Made by a program: the position numbers and the translations under genes
Shown here: piece by piece, positions 16,541-25,787 of the stretch
How the letters are laid out: every line of letters begins with the position of its first letter
Numbering within the stretch: the first letter of the stretch is position 1
IMG/VR virus record: IMGVR_UViG_3300030433_002207
Location: 1-44,587 of that record
Length of the DNA: 44,587 bases
Reading direction: 5' to 3' (one strand)
From: a virus
Taxonomy: Duplodnaviria > Caudoviricetes
The notes under the pieces: model-generated
The model's database searches: none
Seen by the model: only the letters and a program-made list of their open reading frames with translations
Told to the model about the DNA's origin: nothing

Positions 16541-16691
16541 AGGTGAGCAGGGCTTCGTAGAAACTCTCGACTGCGAACTAGGTGGGGATCTAGCGTCTCC
16601 TGCTCACCTTTAATACATGATGCGGTAATGTTGTCACCGCTGATTGCCCTCGCCACCGACAGAAACTCGGACTGTCATATGGTGGCGGGGG
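16541..16691 (+). ncRNA. Candidate structured RNA with two hairpins sharing an AAACUC-N-GA loop
   Basis: Perfect 11-bp stem 16541-16551/16599-16609; second long stem 16647-16657/16681-16691; matching inner loops. Confidence 0.5.
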
Positions 16692-16709
16692 ATTTTTTAG
16701 GAGAAAGAT

Positions 16710-16898
16710 ATGAGTACTTTCAGAAACAACAAAGGTAACGTAGTTGGGATGTCTGATAAGAAAGGCACGACAGTTACTGCCAGAGACGCTAATGGAAGGG
16801 TTGTAGCTACTTACGACTCTAAGACTAATGTGACCCGTAATGCAGATGGTAGATCTCTGGGGACAGGTAATCTGATTTCTACACTGTTTAGGGTTTGA
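16710..16898 (+). CDS. Small protein with three RxxxGxxxG-like beta-hairpin repeats
   Basis: RNNKGNVVG / RDANGRVVA / RNADGRSLG; AGGAG RBS. Confidence 0.7.
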   Translation: MSTFRNNKGNVVGMSDKKGTTVTARDANGRVVATYDSKTNVTRNADGRSLGTGNLISTLFRV

Positions 16899-16945
16899 CT
16901 ATAAATCCTAATCGAACATAATACGAATAGTTCGGTTCGGTATAT

Positions 16946-16989
16946 GGCTCCCGGGGATATCTATTTGGCTCCTCCTCGGGAGCCTTTTT
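16946..16989 (+). terminator. Terminator at the convergence of the plus cassette and the late operon
   Basis: GGCTCCCG...CGGGAGCC followed by TTTTT. Confidence 0.65.
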
Positions 16990-16990
16990 A

Positions 16991-18880
16991 CTACCCAAAT
17001 GATGCCGAATCTGGAACATGTACTATTAGATAATCTCCTGATAATGAATCTTGAACCATTACTACCAATGCTCCAACTACTACTGTTTGTTGAGTTAAGT
17101 TGTATGCTTTTACACCAAGAGCCGGATTATCTAATGAGATAGTTCCTCCCATGACATTTGCTAGATAAACGGTCCCACTGTTTGGACTGCTAGTAACATT
17201 AACAGCACTTGTGTTTGCCGGGATAGCACTGAATGTTGCTTGTCCTAATCTTGTTTGTACATCACCCATTGCATGGTTAGTACACAGCACCCATTGCTCT
17301 ACTTGGTGATTCCAATAAGCAAATCCTACAGTCCCTGAAGATACGCTTCTACTTGGGTGGTAGTTATAGACAGTGATATACCCATCTCCACTTGTTGGAT
17401 GATCCGTCCAAGTAACTGATCCTGATCCCACACTTCCTGAAAGGATTCGTGCTGTGGTCGACCCTCCCCCGCCTAAACTATTTACAAGTTTCACAAGGAC
17501 ATGTCTGTGCATATCAAATTGCTTTGGAAGCGTTACATCTAAATCAGAATCAACCTGATGATTGACTGTAGTCATATCAGAGATTCCAGTGGATATTATG
17601 TTTGGAATTTCTATTTCATCTTCTTCATTCCTAGCTCCCACGTTTCTTATTTGTGTCGTAGGGCCATTACTATCAATTCTCCATACAATCGACGATAGCG
17701 AAGTTGTTGCTGTGAAATCCACAAACCCTGAGTATGTTTCATTGAACAGCAAATTATTGTGAAGGATTGACTTTAGAAAAAGAAGAGCGACTTTTTTGGC
17801 ATAAGTCGTGAGGTCGGAAGAATTGGAAGGGGTTGACCCTTGCCCCTTTGCAAGAAGTCTTCCTATAATTCCTGCGAACGACCCACCGGGCAACACATCA
17901 GAAGCCGTCAGAGCAGACGACATTCCAATCTCTGAGGCTGTAAAGTTTGTTATATCGACTTGGACAGTATAAAAAGGATTTGAAGTGGATACGTCCACCC
18001 CATGATAGTATGGCGAAGTTGCACTCGTAAAATATTGTGTCCAATCTCTGCTAGTCCTTGGGAAGGATACTTTTATGTACTGAGATACTGCTTTGCTGTT
18101 TATGTCATTACTGACAGAAATTAACCGAGACTTGTTATCATTTCTCTCCGTAGAAGTAGTCGTGTCTACATGTCCCATGGGGTAAATATATCTGACACCA
18201 GTTGTTGAATGTACATATGTGTGGCTTATCTCATTTAATAATGACTTTCTCCAATTTTTCTTGTACTTGAATTGAAAATTTAGGTTTTGCAATGCCTCGT
18301 CAGATGGAAAATCTGCATTACTTAGGTTCCCACTCTCAGCAAATAAACCATCCCAACCTTCTGTATAAGCTCCAAATCCACTAGTGTTGTACTTTATTCC
18401 GTAAGGAGACGTACTATAGTTGACGCTGTCATGAGCGTCATTATTTGGATTGGTTGACCCATCCCCAAGGTAATGATTAAAAAAAACGTTACCAGAAGTC
18501 AGGTGTAGAAGATAGATTTGATTGTCAAAAGATGTCCGGTCAACTCCTGCATCAGGATCGGATACTCCAGTTAAAGAGTAGGCATGTTGGGGATAAAATC
18601 TTAATGACTTATTAAAGTCAGAATCAGACTTTAACCCTATAGACACTGAGTTTGTTTTATTTCCATTTACAAAATCAGGTAAATGATCTTCAATGTCTTT
18701 TCGTTTCACTAGGAAAAATGCGTGAGAGGCTACATGCCCTTTAGTTACCCACTTGACTGTATTAGCCAACCCTATGTACTTGTACTGCCAAGAGTTTGGA
18801 GAAATTTGGTTAATAAGTGCCTGAGGTTCAAATATTCTTATCCTACCAGACGACAAAGTCATCCAAAATTTTGTACCCAT
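16991..18880 (-). CDS. Putative tail-tip / virion structural protein
   Basis: 629 aa, S/T/N/G-rich, last gene of the morphogenesis run; no family recognised. Confidence 0.45.
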   Translation of the reverse strand: MGTKFWMTLSSGRIRIFEPQALINQISPNSWQYKYIGLANTVKWVTKGHVASHAFFLVKRKDIEDHLPDFVNGNKTNSVSIGLKSDSDFNKSLRFYPQHAYSLTGVSDPDAGVDRTSFDNQIYLLHLTSGNVFFNHYLGDGSTNPNNDAHDSVNYSTSPYGIKYNTSGFGAYTEGWDGLFAESGNLSNADFPSDEALQNLNFQFKYKKNWRKSLLNEISHTYVHSTTGVRYIYPMGHVDTTTSTERNDNKSRLISVSNDINSKAVSQYIKVSFPRTSRDWTQYFTSATSPYYHGVDVSTSNPFYTVQVDITNFTASEIGMSSALTASDVLPGGSFAGIIGRLLAKGQGSTPSNSSDLTTYAKKVALLFLKSILHNNLLFNETYSGFVDFTATTSLSSIVWRIDSNGPTTQIRNVGARNEEDEIEIPNIISTGISDMTTVNHQVDSDLDVTLPKQFDMHRHVLVKLVNSLGGGGSTTARILSGSVGSGSVTWTDHPTSGDGYITVYNYHPSRSVSSGTVGFAYWNHQVEQWVLCTNHAMGDVQTRLGQATFSAIPANTSAVNVTSSPNSGTVYLANVMGGTISLDNPALGVKAYNLTQQTVVVGALVVMVQDSLSGDYLIVHVPDSASFG

Positions 18881-18905
18881 CCTACACCTTCCAATTTATT
18901 GAATT

Positions 18906-20123
18906 TTATTCTTCAACAACTTCTTCTTGCTGTGGAGGCATGGCTCCTGCTCCAGCCATAATGCCAGCCTGAGCAGCTTCAGCAGAACGATTATCTTCCC
19001 GAATCTGAGCCTCACGTTCTTCAGCTTTGCCTGTTAGACCGAACGGTACGATCTCGTATGGCACTTCACCAAAGTTGATGCGGACTAAGTGACGGAAGAT
19101 CTGGTTGTCAGCGTCAGAGATTAACCATTGCGTCATCTCCTGAAGGATGGAGAAGAATGCTTCTTCCGGTATCTGCCTTCCAGAAGCCGCTCCAAAGCCC
19201 GAGGTGGCGTTCTGGAATACTTCTGGGGGAATACCCATCCCTTCGAACAACTCCTCTTTGAGGCTCTGTCCGTACTCCATTAACCCTGCTGGGATTTGGT
19301 TTGCCATAGGTGGGATGTATTCCCAACTACGGACATTGTCTGCGCCCATGGTATTCGGAAGCGTAAGCGTTCCACCTGTACGCTTCTTTTCGATCATTTC
19401 ACGAGCGAGGTCTTTGTTTGAGATGGTTAAACCGTCCTTCGTGCGTGTGATTCCGGGGGGATGATACATCGTACCACCCTCGAACGCATTTTTGTGGAAC
19501 CACAATCGACGCACATCTCGATACCCTCCGTCTGACCACATTTCCCACCACGGAATATGCGCTCCGTACAATCGACTTAGACCATACCATGGGTGGTGGG
19601 TCCTCCAATGTGTATGCCAGAATCCCTTGGGGATGCCCAAGAAGATTTTGTGGCGACCTTGCTTGGTATGAGGGTCTGGCACATTTCTCACAGTGAAGCC
19701 CACCAATGAGCCATCGTGTGTGACAGCCATCAAGTCCTGCGAGTGCAGATCCTTCAGGATGTCAAACTCAATCTTTCCTTCATTGACTCGATACATTACT
19801 TCGCTACCAGAGTATCCCCACTCAATAGCTTTCAATGCACGAGCAGCAGAGTTCTTCCAGAAACGAGTGACGTTGCGAACTAAGAACTCTTTAACATCTT
19901 CGTTCTCGCATTCGATGAAGAAACGTGAATTGGCTAGGATCGGTCCCTTGAGTAGCCACAGACCAAAGATGACCCGAGGGTCTGCCAGCATCTCCTGAAT
20001 CACAGTCAGGCTAAATGGTGGTCTGTTTCTGGCAAAGAGAAAGATACCTGCGTAACCACTGGGCATATAGTCAGCGGTCATCGGGGTTCCGAGTAACTCG
20101 TCTGGATTGAAGTCTTTGTTCAT
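18906..20123 (-). CDS. Portal protein (Mu gp29/DUF935-like)
   Basis: DPRV...KGPIL, AIEWGYSGSEVMY, PWYGLSRL motifs; 405 aa; no other portal candidate in the window. Confidence 0.7.
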   Translation of the reverse strand: MNKDFNPDELLGTPMTADYMPSGYAGIFLFARNRPPFSLTVIQEMLADPRVIFGLWLLKGPILANSRFFIECENEDVKEFLVRNVTRFWKNSAARALKAIEWGYSGSEVMYRVNEGKIEFDILKDLHSQDLMAVTHDGSLVGFTVRNVPDPHTKQGRHKIFLGIPKGFWHTHWRTHHPWYGLSRLYGAHIPWWEMWSDGGYRDVRRLWFHKNAFEGGTMYHPPGITRTKDGLTISNKDLAREMIEKKRTGGTLTLPNTMGADNVRSWEYIPPMANQIPAGLMEYGQSLKEELFEGMGIPPEVFQNATSGFGAASGRQIPEEAFFSILQEMTQWLISDADNQIFRHLVRINFGEVPYEIVPFGLTGKAEEREAQIREDNRSAEAAQAGIMAGAGAMPPQQEEVVEE

Positions 20124-20379
20124 GACTGCCTTTTTGCTTTCTCGATTATAAAGTCGCTGACTGTTCTGGCTGCTTTGTCATCGTCTTCGTAAATATTATA
20201 AATCAATGAATACAATCTATCCTCAGTCATTTTACCCTGACTATTCCTTTGAAGCATCTCCCGTTTGGCGATGGTTCTGGGGATACCCATTTGCAGCATC
20301 TTAAGCTGCATAGGTGTTAGGTCGAAGGGGTTGATTCCGTAGGTTGCTGCGACATCGACATATCTGCGTATTTTTTTTT
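20120..20379 (-). CDS. -1 frame extension of the tail assembly chaperone (gpGT-like)
   Basis: The -1 frame is open from the A9 run: KIRRYVDVAATYGINPFDLTPMQLKML..., joining ORF 20120..20311. Confidence 0.75.
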
Positions 20380-20652
20380 AAGGTCTACCATCAATTTGAC
20401 GGATTCTCTGGCGATGAAGAATGCATCTGTTCCAGAGATCTCAACATTGAATTTCTTGTTTAGCATCTCGGTAAAACGAGGTAGCCATTCAACGACTGCG
20501 TCTTCTTCAGATAGATCTACGTTTTCTTGGGACTTCGCCAGAATATGATCAATGTAAATCGCTTCCGCTTCGAAGAGGGTTTCGTCCTCCTGATTGGCTA
20601 GTCGAATTTTGTAATCAAGATCTGGTGTGGTAATTGTGATGGGCTTTGCCAT
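20317..20652 (-). CDS. Tail assembly chaperone (gpG-like)
   Basis: 111 aa with LKKK encoded by CTT AAA AAA AAA near the 3' end. Confidence 0.7.
   Translation of the reverse strand: MAKPITITTPDLDYKIRLANQEDETLFEAEAIYIDHILAKSQENVDLSEEDAVVEWLPRFTEMLNKKFNVEISGTDAFFIARESVKLMVDLKKKYADMSMSQQPTESTPST
20371..20379 (-). other. Slippery sequence for programmed -1 frameshift (A AAA AAA)
   Basis: A9 run on the minus strand with an open -1 frame downstream. Confidence 0.75.
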
Positions 20653-20661
20653 TGTCTACTC

Positions 20662-22869
20662 CTAAAATACTGATTCACCTAGTGTACCATGAATATGATC
20701 CATTATTGAGTCACCTGCTGCGACAGAAGGTGAACCCTGACATGCATATTTCATTTTAAACGCAGTTATGTAAATTGGCGTATCACCTAACTGTGTTAAG
20801 GGTTTTATTTTGCTGTCTTTCATGCGTTCGATCAACTCTGCTTCGCCAAATTTGCTGAAGACGGGGACAGGTGCAGCTTTGCCAGCAGCAGACACTTTGC
20901 CAGTTACGATAATTTCAAACGAGGGCGAGACGCTATTGATTTGTGGAATATCTGCTTCAGAACTATCTGACGTAATAACTACTTCGACAGGATTAAATGG
21001 TTCCTGACCAGCAGTACCAGCGGCTGCATTAGCTCCAAGAGTTAATCCGTCTCCAGATTGATTATCTGAAATTGTGTTGTTACCATCGTTGACGGTCGAA
21101 TGCATAATCACATGATTATTTTGGACGATTGAAATGTCAAAGTTAAAATCAAGGATTCGATTTTTAGGGTCAATACTTCCATTAAAACTCGGAGTAGGAG
21201 TAGTTCCTGAGGCAGAGAATCCTTGTTGAGTTCTCCCGTACCAGAAATCAGCATTGTCTTGGCAGGGTTCAAATCTTTGATCACCTTCAAAACTTGCTCT
21301 CACGTTACCTCGATTAGACATTGCTGCTCCATGAGTTTTCCATGAGCTAAGAACAGGTATATTCCTGCTGACCCACTGCCCTCTTCCTTCTAATTTGCCT
21401 TGTTTAGTAGGCGACGATTTCCAATACCTGAGGGGAGCAGTTAAATAGTAGTTATCCCAAGTGCCACTACGAGAGTCTGTTCCATCTCCGTAGACACTAG
21501 AGATCCACATATCCCAACTCCAAATAACCTGACTAGTTGCTCCACTTGAGGATGCAGAAGCTAAATCAGCAAATTCATTAGAAGGGAACCCGAATCTTAA
21601 AGCAGCTACAGCTTTTTGTGGTGGCTGAACAACTCCCCATTCAAAATTAAATCCGAAAGTTCTACCAAACATACTTTCAGACAAATTGAATTTTAGTGGG
21701 ATCACGGTTCCATTTGGTTTTTTGTCAATCGAACTGCTATCACCTGTATCAACGGGAGATGCTAAAGAATCACCATAAGAACTAGTGTAGCTTGTATCAA
21801 AAGCAGGTCCGGGGATGAATCTGGTTCGTATCAGTTGAATGATCAGGTAGTACGGATAGATCTTTCTCCAGTGAGGATGGAAACCTTTTGCCAATGTGAA
21901 TGAACCACCCATCTGAGCAGTCCAGACATTGAAACCTGATGGCCCTCCCGTAAATGGGTTACTCCCCAGAAGACTTGATCCAATCTGGTAATCAACATCT
22001 ATCTCAACTACCCCCGGAGGATATGGGAAGTCTGACTCAACTTCAGAGTCTTGAATGGTTATCTCAAGTTTAGTTTTTGCTTTGTCGAGTCGATAGTTTC
22101 TGGTGCGAAGGAAGCCGGGTTGTAGAGCAGGCTCAAAGAATATTCGATAGTGATCTGCCGAGTCTATTACCGCCCTCACATCTTCAGGATTTATTTGTCC
22201 ACGAGTCTGAATAATTGCTTCGTAGTTCTTTGTCGTCATACCTGCATGGTTGATGTCCCAAGTTTGGTTGTATGAGATCTGTAAAATATTTAAAGGTAAT
22301 ATTCCACTACTCAAAGGCGAGAGGTAGACCCCTTGCCTGTCATCCTGAAAACCTTCTTTTTCGTAATGAAAACCTGCGTTTTCACATTGAACTATCGCTA
22401 CTTCACATTCCCACGTAACTCTAGCTGCTCTGTTCAAACCAAGAGGTTGCCAGTCAACCATTTTTGGTTTTGGCCCCCACATTACGTCCCAGTAAGATTG
22501 AGAACTGCTAGGATCATTGATGATTAAATCAGGACCGATTCCAATATCTTTGATGTGCAAAGTTCTTCCGGGCTGAGAAAGTCGTCTTCTCAACCACTCT
22601 ACACTTAAATCAATACTTGCAGCTCTTCTGGAAAGAATGTTACCGTTAGAATCTGCAATGTCAGAGGTTCCGATTGCACTATCGCCGTAAGTGTTTACTT
22701 CAGCAAGATTTACAATGAACTCGATTCGAAAGCTGTACAGCATGTACATGATACTTCTATCCGTATCATCGTAGACGGGAGTACATTGTGCTGATGAGTT
22801 TAAGGCAGGTGGGAAGTTAAATCCGTTGTAAGTTACCTGACCAAAATCTAATGTATGCTCTAGAACCAT
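20662..22869 (-). CDS. Putative distal tail / hub protein
   Basis: 735 aa, coupled directly downstream of the tape-measure-like gene; beta-rich appearance. Confidence 0.45.
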   Translation of the reverse strand: MVLEHTLDFGQVTYNGFNFPPALNSSAQCTPVYDDTDRSIMYMLYSFRIEFIVNLAEVNTYGDSAIGTSDIADSNGNILSRRAASIDLSVEWLRRRLSQPGRTLHIKDIGIGPDLIINDPSSSQSYWDVMWGPKPKMVDWQPLGLNRAARVTWECEVAIVQCENAGFHYEKEGFQDDRQGVYLSPLSSGILPLNILQISYNQTWDINHAGMTTKNYEAIIQTRGQINPEDVRAVIDSADHYRIFFEPALQPGFLRTRNYRLDKAKTKLEITIQDSEVESDFPYPPGVVEIDVDYQIGSSLLGSNPFTGGPSGFNVWTAQMGGSFTLAKGFHPHWRKIYPYYLIIQLIRTRFIPGPAFDTSYTSSYGDSLASPVDTGDSSSIDKKPNGTVIPLKFNLSESMFGRTFGFNFEWGVVQPPQKAVAALRFGFPSNEFADLASASSSGATSQVIWSWDMWISSVYGDGTDSRSGTWDNYYLTAPLRYWKSSPTKQGKLEGRGQWVSRNIPVLSSWKTHGAAMSNRGNVRASFEGDQRFEPCQDNADFWYGRTQQGFSASGTTPTPSFNGSIDPKNRILDFNFDISIVQNNHVIMHSTVNDGNNTISDNQSGDGLTLGANAAAGTAGQEPFNPVEVVITSDSSEADIPQINSVSPSFEIIVTGKVSAAGKAAPVPVFSKFGEAELIERMKDSKIKPLTQLGDTPIYITAFKMKYACQGSPSVAAGDSIMDHIHGTLGESVF

Positions 22870-24566
22870 TACAAAACTCCCGGAGGTGCTGGACCTACTG
22901 CACCGATATGATCATTCTCTAAGAAACCGCCAGTGAGCCATTGATCGATCTCGCCCATGTAGTTCTTTTGTTCTTTTTCTTTATCTTCATCATGCCACTG
23001 CTCAACTTCTTTAGCAGCTTTTCTTACTGACACTGCTGTATCAAGTATAGCCTGTTGGGCTGCACTAACACCGCTTCCGTCAAACCAGTCTACAATCCAA
23101 GCCAGTCCTTCTAATAAAGCCGCTATAAATTCACCTATCGTAGGTAGCCAATCTAAGAACAATTCAAGCAAACGGGTTAAGAGCTTAGTGCCTAAAGTAA
23201 CCAATGGTCCCAGTATCTTAAAGAGACCAGTCTTTACGTCTTCGAAGACTGACATCATATCGCCCTTAGCCGCCTCAAACTCAGCAAATTCGTCTCCGGC
23301 CTGTTGCGCTCTTTCCATTTTCTTAAAGAGCATATCTAAGTCAGTTTCTATTCGTTCTCCTAGAATCCCCGGATTAAAAGCAGCCACCTCTTCAGAGGCT
23401 TTATCCATTGCACTAAAGAGTTGGACAAACCCTTCAGCAACTGGTCCGATTGCTTCTGCCAGACCATCAAACGCTGCCTCTAGAATTCCACCAACTCCGG
23501 GAATCATTCCTGCTAAGTCACCGAAAGACTTCAATACCCCTTCGCTTGCTGTAGCAAATCCTCCCGCTGTAGCTGCCGCTGCTCCAGTAGCATCTCCTGT
23601 GGTAGTTTGAATTGCACCTCCTACAAACTGAGTTGCACCACCAGCAACTGCCCCTACGCCTTGACCAACTGCTTGCCCTACTGCACTACCAGCGGCTCCT
23701 GCAATAGATCCCCCTATCGATGCTCCAAGCATAGGTTGGCCTATAAAAGACCCACCAATTGCCCCTAGGGTTCCCCCAATTGCTGTTCCCGCTACTCTAC
23801 CAGCAACTCCACCAAGTTTACCGCCTTGTCGCTGAAGGAACCCACCACTTTTGTCCTCTTCCTCGGTTGACGCTGCTACTAGTTGTTTTGTTTCGTCTTC
23901 TTCTTCAGTATCACTGGCTTCAGCAGATCCCTCTACATCATCCTGTAATTGATCATCAGAATCGTCAAAAGTACCTTCGTCACTATCTACTCCAAAAACA
24001 GCCCTCAAAGAAGCATTGCGTTCTTCCTTATCCAACAAGTTTTTGGAGAAGTCCTCATCCTCATCTTTTTCAGAAACTGTGCTTTTAAGCTGATCACTAG
24101 AATCATCGAAAATACCTTCATCAGGATCTACGCCCGGAGACTTGGTAGGCTCATTTCTGCTGGAAGCCATCTTCCTAAGCATATCTTGAGATCTAGCGAT
24201 ATCTTCGTCTGAGTCTTCCTCAAAACCTATCGGATCTTCTGGGAGGATGGTACGGGGGTTTATTTCGATGGGAGGAGCTAATTTTAACTCCTCGTCGTCG
24301 CCTGTAGATGAAGGCTCAATTACTCCTTCATTTCTCCGGCGTGTTGTTTGTAATTGTTCTGATACTTCTCTTTGAGCTTGTCTTTGAGCCTCTCCCCGAG
24401 ACATCTCAGGATTTTCTTGCAGAATAGCTTCTTTAAGTTTGTTTACTTCCTGCTGAAATAGCTTCATGAAATCTGCGGGATCTAATTTCGGTTCAGAACC
24501 GCTAACTCCACGACTCTTACCGCCATCTTCGCTTTTGATTGTAATGGTATGTTTTGAATCAGCCAT
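22869..24566 (-). CDS. Tape measure-like protein with long acidic N-terminal region
   Basis: Gly/Ala-rich hydrophobic tract and amphipathic helical C-terminal half; follows the tail tube gene. Confidence 0.65.
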   Translation of the reverse strand: MADSKHTITIKSEDGGKSRGVSGSEPKLDPADFMKLFQQEVNKLKEAILQENPEMSRGEAQRQAQREVSEQLQTTRRRNEGVIEPSSTGDDEELKLAPPIEINPRTILPEDPIGFEEDSDEDIARSQDMLRKMASSRNEPTKSPGVDPDEGIFDDSSDQLKSTVSEKDEDEDFSKNLLDKEERNASLRAVFGVDSDEGTFDDSDDQLQDDVEGSAEASDTEEEDETKQLVAASTEEEDKSGGFLQRQGGKLGGVAGRVAGTAIGGTLGAIGGSFIGQPMLGASIGGSIAGAAGSAVGQAVGQGVGAVAGGATQFVGGAIQTTTGDATGAAAATAGGFATASEGVLKSFGDLAGMIPGVGGILEAAFDGLAEAIGPVAEGFVQLFSAMDKASEEVAAFNPGILGERIETDLDMLFKKMERAQQAGDEFAEFEAAKGDMMSVFEDVKTGLFKILGPLVTLGTKLLTRLLELFLDWLPTIGEFIAALLEGLAWIVDWFDGSGVSAAQQAILDTAVSVRKAAKEVEQWHDEDKEKEQKNYMGEIDQWLTGGFLENDHIGAVGPAPPGVL

Positions 24567-24789
24567 TGTCGTCTGCCAAATTCAGAGAGTCATAGAAGAT
24601 TGTCACGAAACGTGTGCAGGCTTCTTCTGGGAGAGGGGAGCCTGCTTTGGATGCTCTTAGATATCTTTCTTCTTCCGTCCAAGAGTTACGAATGCGTTCA
24701 GAGGCTTCCTTGATATGCTCATCAAGGATAGCCTCCTCTGCATCGTTTCGTGGCCCTCGGGCAAATAAGTAGGATATCAAATCATCCAT
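24559..24789 (-). CDS. Hypothetical protein (IRNSWTEEE motif)
   Basis: ORF track trimmed to MDDLI, just after the tail tube stop. Confidence 0.55.
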   Translation of the reverse strand: MDDLISYLFARGPRNDAEEAILDEHIKEASERIRNSWTEEERYLRASKAGSPLPEEACTRFVTIFYDSLNLADDNG

Positions 24790-24793
24790 CTCA

Positions 24794-25321
24794 TTAGGTT
24801 GTGGTGTACCAATTAATTGCTGCGTTGTAACCTTGGCTTGAACCAGAGCCAGAGCTTTGTGGATACGCAATCATTCGTAGTGGCAAACGACGAAGACGAC
24901 TTGCATAAACAACTCGAACTGGGAAGTTACGAGCTAACGTAGCTTTAGTGAAACTCATTGTTGCTGGGTTTGCAGCAGCAGGTACATTTGCTGTAGCAGT
25001 TAAGACTAAAGCACCAGCACCATCAGAGAGTACGTCCCCGATAACACCAACCGCACGACTAGCAGCTTGTGGCCAAGAGATTGGACCACCAGCAGGGCCA
25101 GCACCAGTCACAGCCTTTGCCCATTCAATGCAGGTGAAGTTCACGTAAACATCGCAACCACGATGGATCTCATCCTGAATTGCGTCACCTAAGTTATCCC
25201 CTCGTACTGGTTCGCTGTAGAATGTGTGTTCCACTTCGAATCCATCTTCTGTAGCCCCGAGGTAGGTTCCGTTCCATGTACTATGATACGGACCAGAAAT
25301 TGCGTTAACAGCTTGTGCCAT
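24794..25321 (-). CDS. Putative tail tube (major tail) protein
   Basis: GP...LGATEDGFEV pattern; 175 aa; position after neck genes. Confidence 0.65.
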   Translation of the reverse strand: MAQAVNAISGPYHSTWNGTYLGATEDGFEVEHTFYSEPVRGDNLGDAIQDEIHRGCDVYVNFTCIEWAKAVTGAGPAGGPISWPQAASRAVGVIGDVLSDGAGALVLTATANVPAAANPATMSFTKATLARNFPVRVVYASRLRRLPLRMIAYPQSSGSGSSQGYNAAINWYTTT

Positions 25322-25325
25322 TTTT

Positions 25326-25787
25326 CTATTCCTTCGACTTAAAGTAATCCATGAGACGGTCTAACTCTTCTTGATCAGTGTTCGCTAACCGCTCTAAACA
25401 CTCATAACAACTTGCTTGACTGGGAACAACTGTGAACATGTGAGGGTATTCTATATCCTCTCGGTCGCCTGCCTCATAAGCATCACGACCTTTTTCACAC
25501 GCTATCTCCCAGCGTTTAATTGGGTGTTCTTGGAACGACCCGGGGCTTGTTTCCAATGACCCATAAATAGCACCGTTCTCGTTGGGGAGAACTAAGTGGA
25601 CGATAGTGATCGGAGTGTACATCTTCTGACATTTCTGGCAGAGATTTGATGCTCCGACTTCCAGCTTCCACGTTCTGTCTTCTAATTTATGGGGTAAGTA
25701 TTTAGTAATCATATTCTCGTTGCAACGTGGATTTCTACACTGAACGGGAATAAGTTTACTGATGGGCTTGTGTATCTTAAATGTCAT
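25326..25787 (-). CDS. Cys-rich putative Zn-binding protein
   Basis: CRNPRC, CQKC, H...C...CYEC. Confidence 0.6.
   Translation of the reverse strand: MTFKIHKPISKLIPVQCRNPRCNENMITKYLPHKLEDRTWKLEVGASNLCQKCQKMYTPITIVHLVLPNENGAIYGSLETSPGSFQEHPIKRWEIACEKGRDAYEAGDREDIEYPHMFTVVPSQASCYECLERLANTDQEELDRLMDYFKSKE

Noticed and set aside
15138-16691. tRNA genes or known self-cleaving ribozymes in the structured spacers
   Set aside because: No cloverleaf with a T-loop GTTCRA and no complete hammerhead core (CTGANGA...GAAA with three stems) could be built by eye.
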